A DNA stretch of 64,000 bases, taken from positions 677 through 64,676 of the forward strand of contig CAIVRE010000009.1 of the NCBI GenBank assembly GCA_903908245.1, written 5' to 3'. The position numbers and the translations under genes are program-made. Below, piece after piece: positions 45,744-55,831 of the stretch. The notes under the pieces were generated by a model that saw only the letters and a list, made by a program, of their open reading frames with translations, did not search any database and had not been told where the DNA came from. Origin of the DNA: Candidatus Omnitrophota bacterium. Its GTDB lineage: Bacteria > Omnitrophota > Gorgyraeia > Zapsychrales > Fredricksoniimonadaceae. Numbering within the stretch: the first letter of the stretch is position 1; each line of letters starts with the position of its first letter.

Positions 45744-47819
45744 TTACCCGGCCAGGACTCTTTTCAAATATTCCGGATAACGCTTGCGAATAGTCCCCCT
45801 GACCAATGAATGGGCCTTTAAAGCCGGGTCAGCCTTCACCAATTCAACAGCCTCTTTGCGCGCGGCTTCAAGCACATCGATCTGCGTTAAAGGGTTCACA
45901 ACGCGCAACTCATTGATCCCGTGTTGATGGCGGCCGAAATACTGCCCGGGCCCGCGGATCTCAAGGTCATTCTGGGCGATCGTAAAACCGTTCGTGGTCT
46001 GAATGATCGCCTCCAGGCGCCGCCGCCCCTCATCACTGGCAGGATCGCCAAGTAAAATACACACCGCGCTCTTTTCACTACGCCCGATACGCCCGCGCAG
46101 CTGGTGCAATTGCGCCAACCCGAACCGGTCGGCATTCTCGATGACCATCACATTCGCATTAGGCACATCGATCCCCACTTCCAAAACTGTCGTCGTCACC
46201 AGAACATCGATCTCATGACGCTTGAACCGTTCCATCACCTCGCGAGCCTGCCCCTTCGGCAGGCGCCCGTGAACCAGCCCCACTTGAAAATCCTTGAGAT
46301 CGTCCTTCCTGAAGCGCTCATACATATCCGTCGCGGCTTTAAGGTCCGCCTTCTCATTCTCTTCAATAACAGGATAAACAATATACGCTTGCGTCCCTTT
46401 CTTCAGCCACTCGGCCACACGCTTGTAAACGCCTTCAGCCTGCGCGCCGGTAAAATGATAGGTCTTGATCGCGCCACGCCCTTCAGGCTTTTCATCGATC
46501 ACCGACACATCCAGGTCGCCGTAAAGGGTCAGGCAAAGCGTCCGCGGGATAGGGGTCGCTGTCATCACCAGCACATCGGGATTCTCCCCCTTAGATGATA
46601 ACAGCGCGCGCTGTTTAACGCCAAACTTATGCTGTTCATCCACCGCAACAAAACTCAGATCCCTGAACTCCACCCCTTCTTCCAGCAAGGCGTGCGTTCC
46701 AATAACCACATCCACCTCACCGGCCTTGATACGGGCATAAAGGGCCTCTTTATCTTTCTTCTTGAGTGCGCTGTTAAGCAACGCCACCCTGACCTCGCCA
46801 AAAGGGCCTTCGGAAAAATACTGCGTGAACGTGACAAAATGCTGTTCCGCCAATATCTCTGTCGGGCACATCAGCGCGGCCTGATGGCCATTGGTGACCG
46901 CGGCCAAACACCCGAAGAACGAGACCACGGTCTTGCCCGAACCGACATCCCCCTGCAAAAGACGAAGCATGGGAGTCTTCTTTTGCATATCCTGCGCAAT
47001 TTCAGCAATGGCCCGCCCCTGGGCTGCGGTCAGGCAAAACGGAAAAGCCCGCAGGAACCGTTCATGGAATTCTTTGGGGATAAAGTGCGCAAAGCCTCTC
47101 TTCTTAAGAAAGCTCAAGCGCCTGAGGATCACCGAAACCTGAAATAAAAAAAACTCGTCAAAACACAACCGGTGATCGGCCGACTCCTGTGCCTTTTCAT
47201 CATCAGGGAAATGCACCTGACGAAGACTCTTCCCGACAGGCCAAAGGGCCTGACGTTCACGCACCGCGGCAGGGATCACATCTGCCAGGTCACCCGCATA
47301 ATGCTCCAACGCATACCACATCACCTTGCGCAGATACCGCTGGCCTATGCCCTTGGTCAACGGATATACCGGCACGATCCTTCCAGTCGACAACGTCTCA
47401 TCCCCGTCGGTAATGATCTCATACTCGGGGCTCACGATCTGGATCTTGCTGTTAAAGACCTCGACACGTCCGTAAACCACGACTTTATCACCCGGATGAA
47501 AATAATTGGCCAGATAAGGCTGATTGAACCAGGTACAAAACACCTTGGCATCATCATCCTCCAGGATGATCTCGAAGAGGTGCTTCCTGTTAAAGAACGA
47601 CCGCCGGCCTCCCTTGGCCGACACAAAACCCGCGGCCACCTGCATTTCACCGGGTTTTAACGCGCTGATAGGGGTGATCTTGCGTCTGTCCTCATAACGC
47701 CGGGGAAAAAAATATAACAAGTCCTCGATACTGTGAACACCCAGATTCCCGAACAGCTTCTTTCGAGCCGGGCCGACTCCTTTTAAGAACTGAACAGAGG
47801 TCTCATCCAATGCAGGCAT
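45744..47819 (-). CDS. recG: ATP-dependent DNA helicase RecG
   Basis: 691 aa; wedge domain, LLQGDVGSGKT Walker A, DEQHKFG, QLRGRIGR. Confidence 0.9.
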   Translation of the reverse strand: MPALDETSVQFLKGVGPARKKLFGNLGVHSIEDLLYFFPRRYEDRRKITPISALKPGEMQVAAGFVSAKGGRRSFFNRKHLFEIILEDDDAKVFCTWFNQPYLANYFHPGDKVVVYGRVEVFNSKIQIVSPEYEIITDGDETLSTGRIVPVYPLTKGIGQRYLRKVMWYALEHYAGDLADVIPAAVRERQALWPVGKSLRQVHFPDDEKAQESADHRLCFDEFFLFQVSVILRRLSFLKKRGFAHFIPKEFHERFLRAFPFCLTAAQGRAIAEIAQDMQKKTPMLRLLQGDVGSGKTVVSFFGCLAAVTNGHQAALMCPTEILAEQHFVTFTQYFSEGPFGEVRVALLNSALKKKDKEALYARIKAGEVDVVIGTHALLEEGVEFRDLSFVAVDEQHKFGVKQRALLSSKGENPDVLVMTATPIPRTLCLTLYGDLDVSVIDEKPEGRGAIKTYHFTGAQAEGVYKRVAEWLKKGTQAYIVYPVIEENEKADLKAATDMYERFRKDDLKDFQVGLVHGRLPKGQAREVMERFKRHEIDVLVTTTVLEVGIDVPNANVMVIENADRFGLAQLHQLRGRIGRSEKSAVCILLGDPASDEGRRRLEAIIQTTNGFTIAQNDLEIRGPGQYFGRHQHGINELRVVNPLTQIDVLEAARKEAVELVKADPALKAHSLVRGTIRKRYPEYLKRVLAG

Positions 47820-49462
47820 TAGTTTTTCACTGCAGCAAGCTGATCGCTTTCATAAAGGCACTGCAAGATCTCGAGTTCGTCACGGTCGAACCACACCCGT
47901 GCACAAATCTTGCATTTATCGACTTCAACCGGATATTTCGGATTAATGAACCGGCGTGTCATCTTCTGACGGACATCCAGGCATGACGGACAAACAATGC
48001 TCTTCTGGTCATAGATCTGGTCGAAAGGATTGCTCCGCAAAACCACGACCTGTTCACGGGTCATCCGTGCCAGATCCCTGATCCGCTCATCAAACTGCAC
48101 TTCTTTCGTAGCCACAATGTGAAGCACATCCATCTCCCCGACCAAAGCCCCCTGACAGGAGGGACATTTCTTTATCTGAACCCCCTCATAAACAGCAGGA
48201 ACAAGCATAGACTGACACCGGGGGCACTGGTCCTTGGCCGCCGGAATAACGGGCTTACCGAAAACCAATGACGCGTTCCCCGGGCCAACAGGCATCCCCA
48301 GGCCTCCTGGGACAGGAAGAGGAACAGGGACAGGTATAGCCGGAATGTCTCCCAATGTCGCGGAAGTTTGCGCCGCTGGACCAGGATGAAGCGTCTCAAA
48401 GCGGGACTTGGCCCTATTGAGCGCATTATCCAAGTCGGCCTCTTTGGCGTGAGCCATATCCAGTAAAATGCCGACACGCTTCTTGATCGGAGGATGGGTC
48501 GAGAACAGATCCGAGAACAGATCCTCATTATCATCATACGCGCTCTGACGGGGGCTCAAAATAAAGATCGCGTCCATGTTCTCACCCGGGATACCGGCGC
48601 CTTTCCAGCGCTGATCAATAATATGCAGGGCTTCCGCCAATGCCAGGGGATTGCGCGTCAATTGAACAGCCATGGCATCCGCGCGGTATTCCCTCTGACG
48701 GGAAATGAACAAAGACCCCAGATACCCGATGAACTTAAGCGCCAGCGCGATCAGAAAAACGATCAGCAGCAGAACAACAAAAGAACCGCCACTATCACGC
48801 CGGGAAGAAGAACGGCTTCCGCCGGAGATATTTCCGTAAAAAAGCATCCGCCGCGAAATATCACAAATAGTATCAAAAGCCTTGAATACAACGCTGGTGA
48901 CCGTGGTTTCCAGGCAGTCCCCGGTCGCGATATGCCCCGCTTCGTGCGCGACCACGGCTTCCAGTTGCTCCCGGTTAAGGCGCTTAAGAAGGCCTTCCGT
49001 GATCCCTATGACCGAACGCCCCTGAAAATCCTGCAGGGCAAAAGCGTTCATCGCCGCTGTAGGGATAAGATACGCCTCGATCCGGTACTTTCCGCCGGTA
49101 GCAACGGATGCCTCCTCGACAACATTCCGGAATACCCGTTCATCGTCTTTCTGGGGATCCGCAATGCGGCCGGACATATACTGGAGGGTTTTGTCGATCA
49201 GGGCATCGGTGGACGCGAACCAATGCACCGCGCTGAGAACAAGAGCGCCCCCCATGGTCCACGAAATGGTCGGCAGGTCCAATAAGCTTAAAGGGGAGAT
49301 TCTCAGCCCGTCGAACCGGTCATGGACCGAGTTAAAAAGGTAATACTTGACCACCCAGACGATCAGCAAAGCCCCCAGGACATAAAGAACTACAAGGAAA
49401 GCCAGCGACCATTGGATTGAGCGGGACTTGCTTTGCTCGATCTCAACGAAAGAGTAGGGCAT
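47819..49462 (-). CDS. M48-family (HtpX-like) membrane zinc metallopeptidase with C-terminal double zinc-ribbon extension
   Basis: TM helices, AVVAHEAGHIATGD HExxH; C-terminal CPRC..CPSC and CPSC..CKIC. Confidence 0.8.
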   Translation of the reverse strand: MPYSFVEIEQSKSRSIQWSLAFLVVLYVLGALLIVWVVKYYLFNSVHDRFDGLRISPLSLLDLPTISWTMGGALVLSAVHWFASTDALIDKTLQYMSGRIADPQKDDERVFRNVVEEASVATGGKYRIEAYLIPTAAMNAFALQDFQGRSVIGITEGLLKRLNREQLEAVVAHEAGHIATGDCLETTVTSVVFKAFDTICDISRRMLFYGNISGGSRSSSRRDSGGSFVVLLLIVFLIALALKFIGYLGSLFISRQREYRADAMAVQLTRNPLALAEALHIIDQRWKGAGIPGENMDAIFILSPRQSAYDDNEDLFSDLFSTHPPIKKRVGILLDMAHAKEADLDNALNRAKSRFETLHPGPAAQTSATLGDIPAIPVPVPLPVPGGLGMPVGPGNASLVFGKPVIPAAKDQCPRCQSMLVPAVYEGVQIKKCPSCQGALVGEMDVLHIVATKEVQFDERIRDLARMTREQVVVLRSNPFDQIYDQKSIVCPSCLDVRQKMTRRFINPKYPVEVDKCKICARVWFDRDELEILQCLYESDQLAAVKN

Positions 49463-49463
49463 T

Positions 49464-50018
49464 TTAAAATTTTACTTGTGGAACATTCCGCTCGGCGACA
49501 TCATCAAGCTTGAAAAATTCTGCGGGCTGGAACGCGAACTGCCCGGCGATAATACTATTAGGGAAAGTCTGGATCGCCGTATTATAACGGCTGACCTCGT
49601 CATTATAATATTGCCGGGCGAACCCGATCTTGTTCTCGGTCGTGGTAAGCTCTTCCTGAAGGCGCAACATGGTCTGGTCGGCCTTAAGGTTCGGATAATT
49701 CTCCGCCACCGCCATCAAACTGCGCAATGTCGAGGTGAGCATATTCTCGGCCGCCAGCTTGTCCTGGATCGAGCTTGCGTCCACCGCCATCTGACGCGCT
49801 TTTGTCACACTCTCCAAAGTGCCGCGTTCATGGGTCATGTACCCCTTGGCCGTTTCTACCAGATTCGGGATAAGATCATGCCGGCGTTTAAGCTGGACAT
49901 CGATCTGTGACCAGGCATTTTGAAATGACACACGCATCTGAACCAGCGCATTGTACATCCCGACAACCATCATAACAACGACAACCACGACGCCAAGAAC
50001 GATCAATAGTGGTACCAT
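49464..50018 (-). CDS. lemA: LemA family protein
   Basis: N-terminal TM then YNALVQMRVSFQNAWSQIDVQLKRRHDLIPNLVETAKGY. Confidence 0.9.
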   Translation of the reverse strand: MVPLLIVLGVVVVVVMMVVGMYNALVQMRVSFQNAWSQIDVQLKRRHDLIPNLVETAKGYMTHERGTLESVTKARQMAVDASSIQDKLAAENMLTSTLRSLMAVAENYPNLKADQTMLRLQEELTTTENKIGFARQYYNDEVSRYNTAIQTFPNSIIAGQFAFQPAEFFKLDDVAERNVPQVKF

Positions 50019-50047
50019 TTTAACGCCCCCCTCGAATAATTTTGCCC

Positions 50048-50449
50048 TTACCTGATACGCCCGATCTCCCGCTCCAACTGGCGGCGGTACCCTTTATGGA
50101 ACACCTCTTCAAAATCATACCCATTGCGGAAACTGTCGAATGTATCGTCATCCTGCTTTGCCAGAAGCTGATGGGAAACCATATTAAACACAATATGGCC
50201 AAAATCCTCCGTACTCTTAACCCCCCAGTGATGCAGGACATTCAAGGCCAGCGGACCGAACTTCCTGACCGTCATATCCTTGATCCCCGTCAAAAGCTGG
50301 TCTCCTGTCACATGACGCTCTTTCTTGAACCGGCGCTGCGTATAATGAAGGGCTTCCATAACGAATTCATAGGCCCCTTCCTTATAACGAGGGTCCTGTT
50401 CACAAACTTTCTCAACTTTATCGTAGAATCTCTGATCCATAAAAAGCAT
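50048..50449 (-). CDS. Conserved hypothetical cytoplasmic protein (133 aa)
   Basis: Clean ORF with good codon periodicity; no recognised motif. Confidence 0.5.
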   Translation of the reverse strand: MLFMDQRFYDKVEKVCEQDPRYKEGAYEFVMEALHYTQRRFKKERHVTGDQLLTGIKDMTVRKFGPLALNVLHHWGVKSTEDFGHIVFNMVSHQLLAKQDDDTFDSFRNGYDFEEVFHKGYRRQLEREIGRIR

Positions 50450-50491
50450 TGTACCACAAGATCCCTGGAATTAAAGCGACACGATGGGAAC

Positions 50492-50683
50492 TTAATTAAC
50501 GCCCGCTCCAAAGAACCGGGGAAAACTTTCCAACGGCTTTATACTATATATGACAGGGGTCAATCCCGGGGCATCCTGATAAACTTTAAGCTCTTCAGGG
50601 CTGATGTTGAAATAAAAACCACCAGCCTGTCCCTGGACCTTCATATCCATCGTCCCGGCGCCAAGGTCAATACCGCCCTTCTC
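50492..50683 (-). other. Conserved C-terminal family module of paralog D
   Basis: KGGIDLGAGTMDMKVQGQAGGFYFNISPEELKVYQDAPGLTPVIYSIKPLESFPRFFG. Confidence 0.7.
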
Positions 50684-53600
50684 GGCCTCATCCAACGGCG
50701 CATCAACACGAATGGACTCAGCCTCAGGCCCAAACCCGGGAAGGTCCAGCTGGAGATAACGGGTCGGATTATCCGCGCTGTCTTTTAACGGATATAAGCG
50801 CTGAAGGGCTCCCTCGGCATCCTTCAAAGACACCCCCCACCATTCCTCCAAAAGCTCCTCATCCCCGGGCTTAACCCCATCTTCCGGGATCTCCTCCCCC
50901 CTGAAAATAGTCCAGGACGGAACACTCCTGAAGCCCATCTTATATAATATTTTCCCGGATCGATGGCTGACCGGATTGGCCGCCACATCCGCATTGATCC
51001 CCATTACCGCAGAACGGGATACCGCCTCTTCCAGCGTCTTCAAGAACAATATCTCTCCCAAACGCTTCCCCCTGAGATCAGGGACAACTTCCAGCAGGGA
51101 CAAGACATACCTCTCCTCAACATACCCGCGCCTAGAAGGAAGGCCTCCCCAAAGATGCGACAACGAGAGGCCGACCAAACTTCCGCCGGAACGCACCTCA
51201 ACAAGGAACGCGCCCGGGGCATGGGCTTTGATCCTCCAGAATTCAATATTCAAACTCCCGAAATCTTTATTGATGGCAAGCCACTCCGACACCATCTTTT
51301 CGATCTGCTCCTCGCCATCGATCGGCCTCATCGAAAACTTCTCGCCGGAGGCCATCGTGATATCAACAACCCCATTCTCTTTCTTTTCAACCGAGACCGA
51401 TGCGGCAGGATCAACGCTCTCCGCCGGACGCCAGCTCAAAAGCGATAACTGCGCGTCAAAACGGCCTTTCGATGCCTTTAAAATGTGCTCCCTGAAGCCT
51501 GCCTGCATGACAGCTGATCCAAACGGCGGCGTAGTTGCGACAAACTCCTCTAATCGGGGCAATCCTTTATGCTTGCGGGAAATCTGTTTGTAAAGGACTA
51601 CAAAATCCCTCATCTTCTGCAATTCCCGATTCGCAATGTTTGTCAACGGCTTGCCGTCCATGACCAGATCCATACTTGAACGGAACAAGGGGAACTCGTC
51701 GATCCATCGTTGAAGGTCCTGTGCCGCCATACCTTCCGGCGACCCTGGCCTTGAGGTGTCACAGAAGTTCTTCACTCGGATATCACCGATGATCCTGGAG
51801 AACAACTCCACGGCAAAAAGCGGATTAACAATATCCGTAACTTTCACAAACCTGACCTCGGGAGGCAACGCCTTCAAAAATCCTCCAAGAATGCCCTCTC
51901 CCTGCAGATCCGCATTGATATCTACCCTGTTTATCTGGATCCCGAACTCGCCGGGCCTTAAACCAAACCCATGATCAAGCCATTTCAGCCGATGGATGGA
52001 CCCCGCGGATCCGCCTGACACTCCATCGGACCCAACCGGTTTAATGACAAAACTTCGAAACTCCATCCCCTCCCTGCCCGGATCTTCCTGCAAACGGTAC
52101 GTCCGGCCTTTTTTATCCTCAAACACTAACTTTTCCAGACTATTCACCGTCATCGCACGATCCCCCGCCCTTCGCAATGATAATGAAAAGAAAGGCACTT
52201 TTCTGAGCGGCTCGGCCAATACCGCCAAAGCTTTTAAGCCGGCGTCTCCATCGAAAGCTCCGGCGGCGTACTTGTACGAAAGCCAGTCAAGATAAGAAGC
52301 CATTGGAACTGTCGCCGGGCTTGTATCCCATGAGACAGGCGCGGGGACCTCCAGCGACCGGGCTCGCCACCCCTCAAAGATATCCAGCCCTACACCCAGA
52401 TAAAAACGTAATGTCCTGACCGGATCACCGCCAACTGCCGTTGCGAATATCTGCACGACCGGCACACGGACCTCCCGCACTCCGCTCGCTTTCACTACAG
52501 CGGCCCTGTACACCTCATACAATTCCCGTGCTGAAAATTTCCTTGCGTCCCCTCGGAACTCGGGAAGAAGGTCAAAGGCAAGATCCGGCGGAAATCCATC
52601 AAGCTTCTCATCAATGCCATACGCCACCAACTGTTCTTGCACTGCGGTCTCCCTGCTGCGGCCATGTCCCGTAAAATACATCAAAGACAACGTCCTCTGT
52701 GCGGCGTACGGACTGAATACCGGAAGGCGCACAAGCCGGACCGTTCCCCCCGTTACCATAATTCTTGCTTCCAAGACCTTCTTTCCGCGTGCCAAAGCGG
52801 TCCGAACAGCCGTAAAATAACCGCGCGCGAACCTACTCCCCAAAGCAGGGGTTGTCTCGCGATATGCCAAAGACCGGATATACACTTCGAACCCGGAGAC
52901 CGCCTTGCCGGCATCTTTTGGCGTTAGCGAATTAAAATTGATCCGTTTTGATAATAAAATAAGCCGCTCGACCCGTTTCTGCCTGAAACCCGCCGAACCC
53001 GCTGATGCCTCTTCTTTTTCCTTCTGATAATCCTGAAATGTCACCCCTTGCGGACCCGAAGGCTCCTGAATGCTTTGGGAAGGATCAGCCAAAAGCAGGT
53101 CAGCAGCCTCTGCCTTCTGCGCCTCACCACTTAATTCCCCAAGGCGAAGCATCTGCCTGGAAAGAATATCCGCAACCTGCCCGTAGTGATCCCCAAGGTC
53201 TCTTCGCCTTCCTTTGACATAAAAAGCGGAAATACGGGATATGATCCCGTTCGCCCTGCCGATCTCCGCGATGACCGTTTCGATCGCGTCAAAACCATAT
53301 TGTCCCCTAAGCCTCTCCCGCTCATTCTCATCTTTATCCTGGGCACCGCGCAAACCGTAAGCTCGCTCCACCTGCGATGCCTGCTCCAACAGGCTCCCCA
53401 GCCTCCGGCCTAACCCCGGGACCACCTGATCGAGAAGATCCAGGTTATACCCGATGATCGATCCATTGGTTGGTAACCACGAAAGAGCCATCCCGCTGAT
53501 AAAAGTACGGCCAAATAATGTTTGACGGAGCTGCGAATTCGCAAGGCCGCCCCACCCGGACTCGGGACCGGTCTGCCTCAAAAGATTCAACGTCTCCGGC

Positions 53601-55183
53601 TCTTCCACACGGCTGTAAACCACCCGCCCTGCCTTAGGCTGAAGCTGCCCCATGAATGTTTTAAAAAGGCCTCCCTGCAAGCCCAACCTTTTGAAATATG
53701 CCCGCTTGATGGTCAGATCAGTGATGATGTCCCCAGGCATCGGCTTTTCATACTCCAGGGACAATACCTCCGGATCAACTTCAGTAACCTCCCCCTCAAA
53801 ATGCACCTGCCCCTTGGCAACCACCGTAAGCACAAAAACATCCCCAATACGCGTCCTGCTCTCTTCTTCGGATAACCGGCTGTAACGAGCCTCAAAAAGC
53901 ATCTCTTTCTCTTTAACCCGCATCATAAATGAATGTGTGACTCTCGGGCGGGTCGCAGTGATCCTGCGAATATTGGCCTCGATATCAAGAACGTTTTCAG
54001 GCTTTATTGCTTCAACGAAATTCCCCGGCGGGCCAGCCCAACCCGCTGGCCTGGCCAAAGAAGAGACCACCACACACCTGTCGGGAATGAATTTCCCCCC
54101 GTTAAGAATATCCTCAACCTGCAAGACACGCATTGAACTGTCCGACAGGACGATCCCGCCGGAAAAATATTTACGCGGCAGGACATCTCCGGAATATCCG
54201 TCTTTTTCCTCCTTGATAAAATTAAAAACCCCCTTGCGAAATGATTCCAGATACTGCTCGTAAACCCTCTGAGGAGCATCCGGCTCCCCCGTATCCACCC
54301 CCGCGATCTTGTTCTTGTCAACATAGATAGATGCCGCGATCGAATCCTTAAGCTTCTTTTTATACCAGGCCGCAAGAATAAATGAATGATACACCTGCCG
54401 CAGGCGCGAGAAATGTTCTCCTTCATTGACCTCTTTCTCCAGCGCCGGGATAACAATATCCCGCATGACCTGATTGGCCAGGCCATCAACATTCGCCGGA
54501 TCCCCGCCCGTCTCTGCAACGGTCTTCCTGGAAAGCGCCAGGTAATCCACCTCCAGCATGACCTTTAGCCTCGCGCCGACAACCAATGCGGCCGCCGATC
54601 CTTTCGCCGCATCCGGCTTCTCGTTCACCGTCACCTCTGACGGAACGATCCACACCCGATGCCGGGTATCGACCGGAATATCCGTTGTCCCGAACTTCGC
54701 TTGCGCCTGACGGTATACCTCGTCCCAAAATTCCCTGCCCAAAGCCTCATCCGGATTCAATGCCGACGCAGCGATCTGCTTTAAGAGATAATCCTGCTGC
54801 AAAAGATCGCGGCCCATTTCTGTCAGGCCAAACGCCTCGGGGACGATACGGTCTTTTTCTTCAGGAGAAAGGTTAACCCAAAGGTCTTTTTCGGGGATCG
54901 TAAGGGACGCAAGAAAATACTTGATCAATCGTTGCGATTCATCCTGCCAATCATGGCCATCGTCCGGCGTGTCGCCTTTATCCAGAATAAAATCGAACCG
55001 GAACGGCTGATCCGAATAAACACGCACTCCCACAAGCTCCGGAGCGGTAAAAGCCCCGGAAAAATGGACCATCTGTCCTGCCGCAGGTAAAAATTCAGAA
55101 CCCCGGGCCGGAGCTACACCCGTTAAGATGAAGATCCCGGACAAGAATATGGAAAGGCATTTTCTCAACAGCGTCATTCTCAT
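50492..55183 (-). CDS. Giant-family secreted protein, paralog D (1563 aa): N-terminal family module, long uncharacterised central region, GNAT-like motifs, C-terminal family module
   Basis: Signal peptide; N module aa 30-343; GNAT-like LRGKRLGEILF....NPVSHRSGKILYKMGF at aa ~1370-1420; C module aa 1500-1563. Confidence 0.9.
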   Translation of the reverse strand: MRMTLLRKCLSIFLSGIFILTGVAPARGSEFLPAAGQMVHFSGAFTAPELVGVRVYSDQPFRFDFILDKGDTPDDGHDWQDESQRLIKYFLASLTIPEKDLWVNLSPEEKDRIVPEAFGLTEMGRDLLQQDYLLKQIAASALNPDEALGREFWDEVYRQAQAKFGTTDIPVDTRHRVWIVPSEVTVNEKPDAAKGSAAALVVGARLKVMLEVDYLALSRKTVAETGGDPANVDGLANQVMRDIVIPALEKEVNEGEHFSRLRQVYHSFILAAWYKKKLKDSIAASIYVDKNKIAGVDTGEPDAPQRVYEQYLESFRKGVFNFIKEEKDGYSGDVLPRKYFSGGIVLSDSSMRVLQVEDILNGGKFIPDRCVVVSSLARPAGWAGPPGNFVEAIKPENVLDIEANIRRITATRPRVTHSFMMRVKEKEMLFEARYSRLSEEESRTRIGDVFVLTVVAKGQVHFEGEVTEVDPEVLSLEYEKPMPGDIITDLTIKRAYFKRLGLQGGLFKTFMGQLQPKAGRVVYSRVEEPETLNLLRQTGPESGWGGLANSQLRQTLFGRTFISGMALSWLPTNGSIIGYNLDLLDQVVPGLGRRLGSLLEQASQVERAYGLRGAQDKDENERERLRGQYGFDAIETVIAEIGRANGIISRISAFYVKGRRRDLGDHYGQVADILSRQMLRLGELSGEAQKAEAADLLLADPSQSIQEPSGPQGVTFQDYQKEKEEASAGSAGFRQKRVERLILLSKRINFNSLTPKDAGKAVSGFEVYIRSLAYRETTPALGSRFARGYFTAVRTALARGKKVLEARIMVTGGTVRLVRLPVFSPYAAQRTLSLMYFTGHGRSRETAVQEQLVAYGIDEKLDGFPPDLAFDLLPEFRGDARKFSARELYEVYRAAVVKASGVREVRVPVVQIFATAVGGDPVRTLRFYLGVGLDIFEGWRARSLEVPAPVSWDTSPATVPMASYLDWLSYKYAAGAFDGDAGLKALAVLAEPLRKVPFFSLSLRRAGDRAMTVNSLEKLVFEDKKGRTYRLQEDPGREGMEFRSFVIKPVGSDGVSGGSAGSIHRLKWLDHGFGLRPGEFGIQINRVDINADLQGEGILGGFLKALPPEVRFVKVTDIVNPLFAVELFSRIIGDIRVKNFCDTSRPGSPEGMAAQDLQRWIDEFPLFRSSMDLVMDGKPLTNIANRELQKMRDFVVLYKQISRKHKGLPRLEEFVATTPPFGSAVMQAGFREHILKASKGRFDAQLSLLSWRPAESVDPAASVSVEKKENGVVDITMASGEKFSMRPIDGEEQIEKMVSEWLAINKDFGSLNIEFWRIKAHAPGAFLVEVRSGGSLVGLSLSHLWGGLPSRRGYVEERYVLSLLEVVPDLRGKRLGEILFLKTLEEAVSRSAVMGINADVAANPVSHRSGKILYKMGFRSVPSWTIFRGEEIPEDGVKPGDEELLEEWWGVSLKDAEGALQRLYPLKDSADNPTRYLQLDLPGFGPEAESIRVDAPLDEAEKGGIDLGAGTMDMKVQGQAGGFYFNISPEELKVYQDAPGLTPVIYSIKPLESFPRFFGAGVN
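54154..55093 (-). other. Conserved N-terminal family module of paralog D
   Basis: YSDQPFRFDFILDKG, DLWVNLSPEEKDRIVP, EMGRDLLQQDYLLKQ, TTDIPVDTRHRVWIVP, RLKVMLEVDY, LRQVYHSFILAAWYKKK, PRKYFSGG. Confidence 0.85.
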
Positions 55184-55254
55184 AAAATACTTATTTAAAA
55201 TGTTTAAAGTACAACATCATAAGTATTTACTATAAAGTATAAGAAAACAAGAGG
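55184..55254. promoter_or_regulatory. AT-rich divergent promoter region (giant D on minus, membrane ORF on plus)
   Basis: 71 nt that is more than 70 percent A+T. Confidence 0.35.
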
Positions 55255-55743
55255 ATGACGCGATTTGTGCGGATAAATCATGCTATAATGCAGACTATGA
55301 AATTACCGGAACGATTATTTGAAAAATCCTATTTTATCCTCTTTGCCTGGCTGTGCCTGGAAGAGCTGGCTGTTCTGTGGACACCTCACTCTGAAGCGTT
55401 CGTCTATTACCACATCCTCGGGGCCTTCCATCCACCGGCCAGGATATTCTACTATCTGGCCATTATGAGGACAGGGATCACCATCATCTGCCTGCCCCCC
55501 CTGTTCAATTACGCCTTTAACAAAAAGAGGGACTGGGCCTGGTTCTTCAAACCTCTCCTGTTCGTAAGGATCGTCCTTGATGTAACGGGCCACAACCACG
55601 AATTCCAGTTCCTGAAGATCCTGTCCCACACCAGCACCTTCCTGCCACTGGCCGCCATCTCCATCTGGATAGGCATCACATTCCTGTCATATAAAGCGCA
55701 CTTCCTCTGCGCATTCCCTGAAAACAAAACCGGGGCACATTAG
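55255..55743 (+). CDS. Hypothetical small membrane protein (start uncertain)
   Basis: 162-aa ORF with 3-4 hydrophobic helices; one of only two plus-strand genes. Confidence 0.4.
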   Translation: MTRFVRINHAIMQTMKLPERLFEKSYFILFAWLCLEELAVLWTPHSEAFVYYHILGAFHPPARIFYYLAIMRTGITIICLPPLFNYAFNKKRDWAWFFKPLLFVRIVLDVTGHNHEFQFLKILSHTSTFLPLAAISIWIGITFLSYKAHFLCAFPENKTGAH

Positions 55744-55831
55744 GTCCCCTCTGCACTTTCAGAGGAAGATCCGATGCACCCCGGCCCTTACAACAATACC
55801 TGCTCAATACTTCAACAAACAATACTTCCTT

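Noticed and set aside
48494-49285. 263-aa plus-strand ORF
   Set aside because: Antisense to M48 peptidase gene
50042-50788. 248-aa plus-strand ORF
   Set aside because: Antisense, spanning hypothetical gene 50048-50449 and the 3' end of giant D
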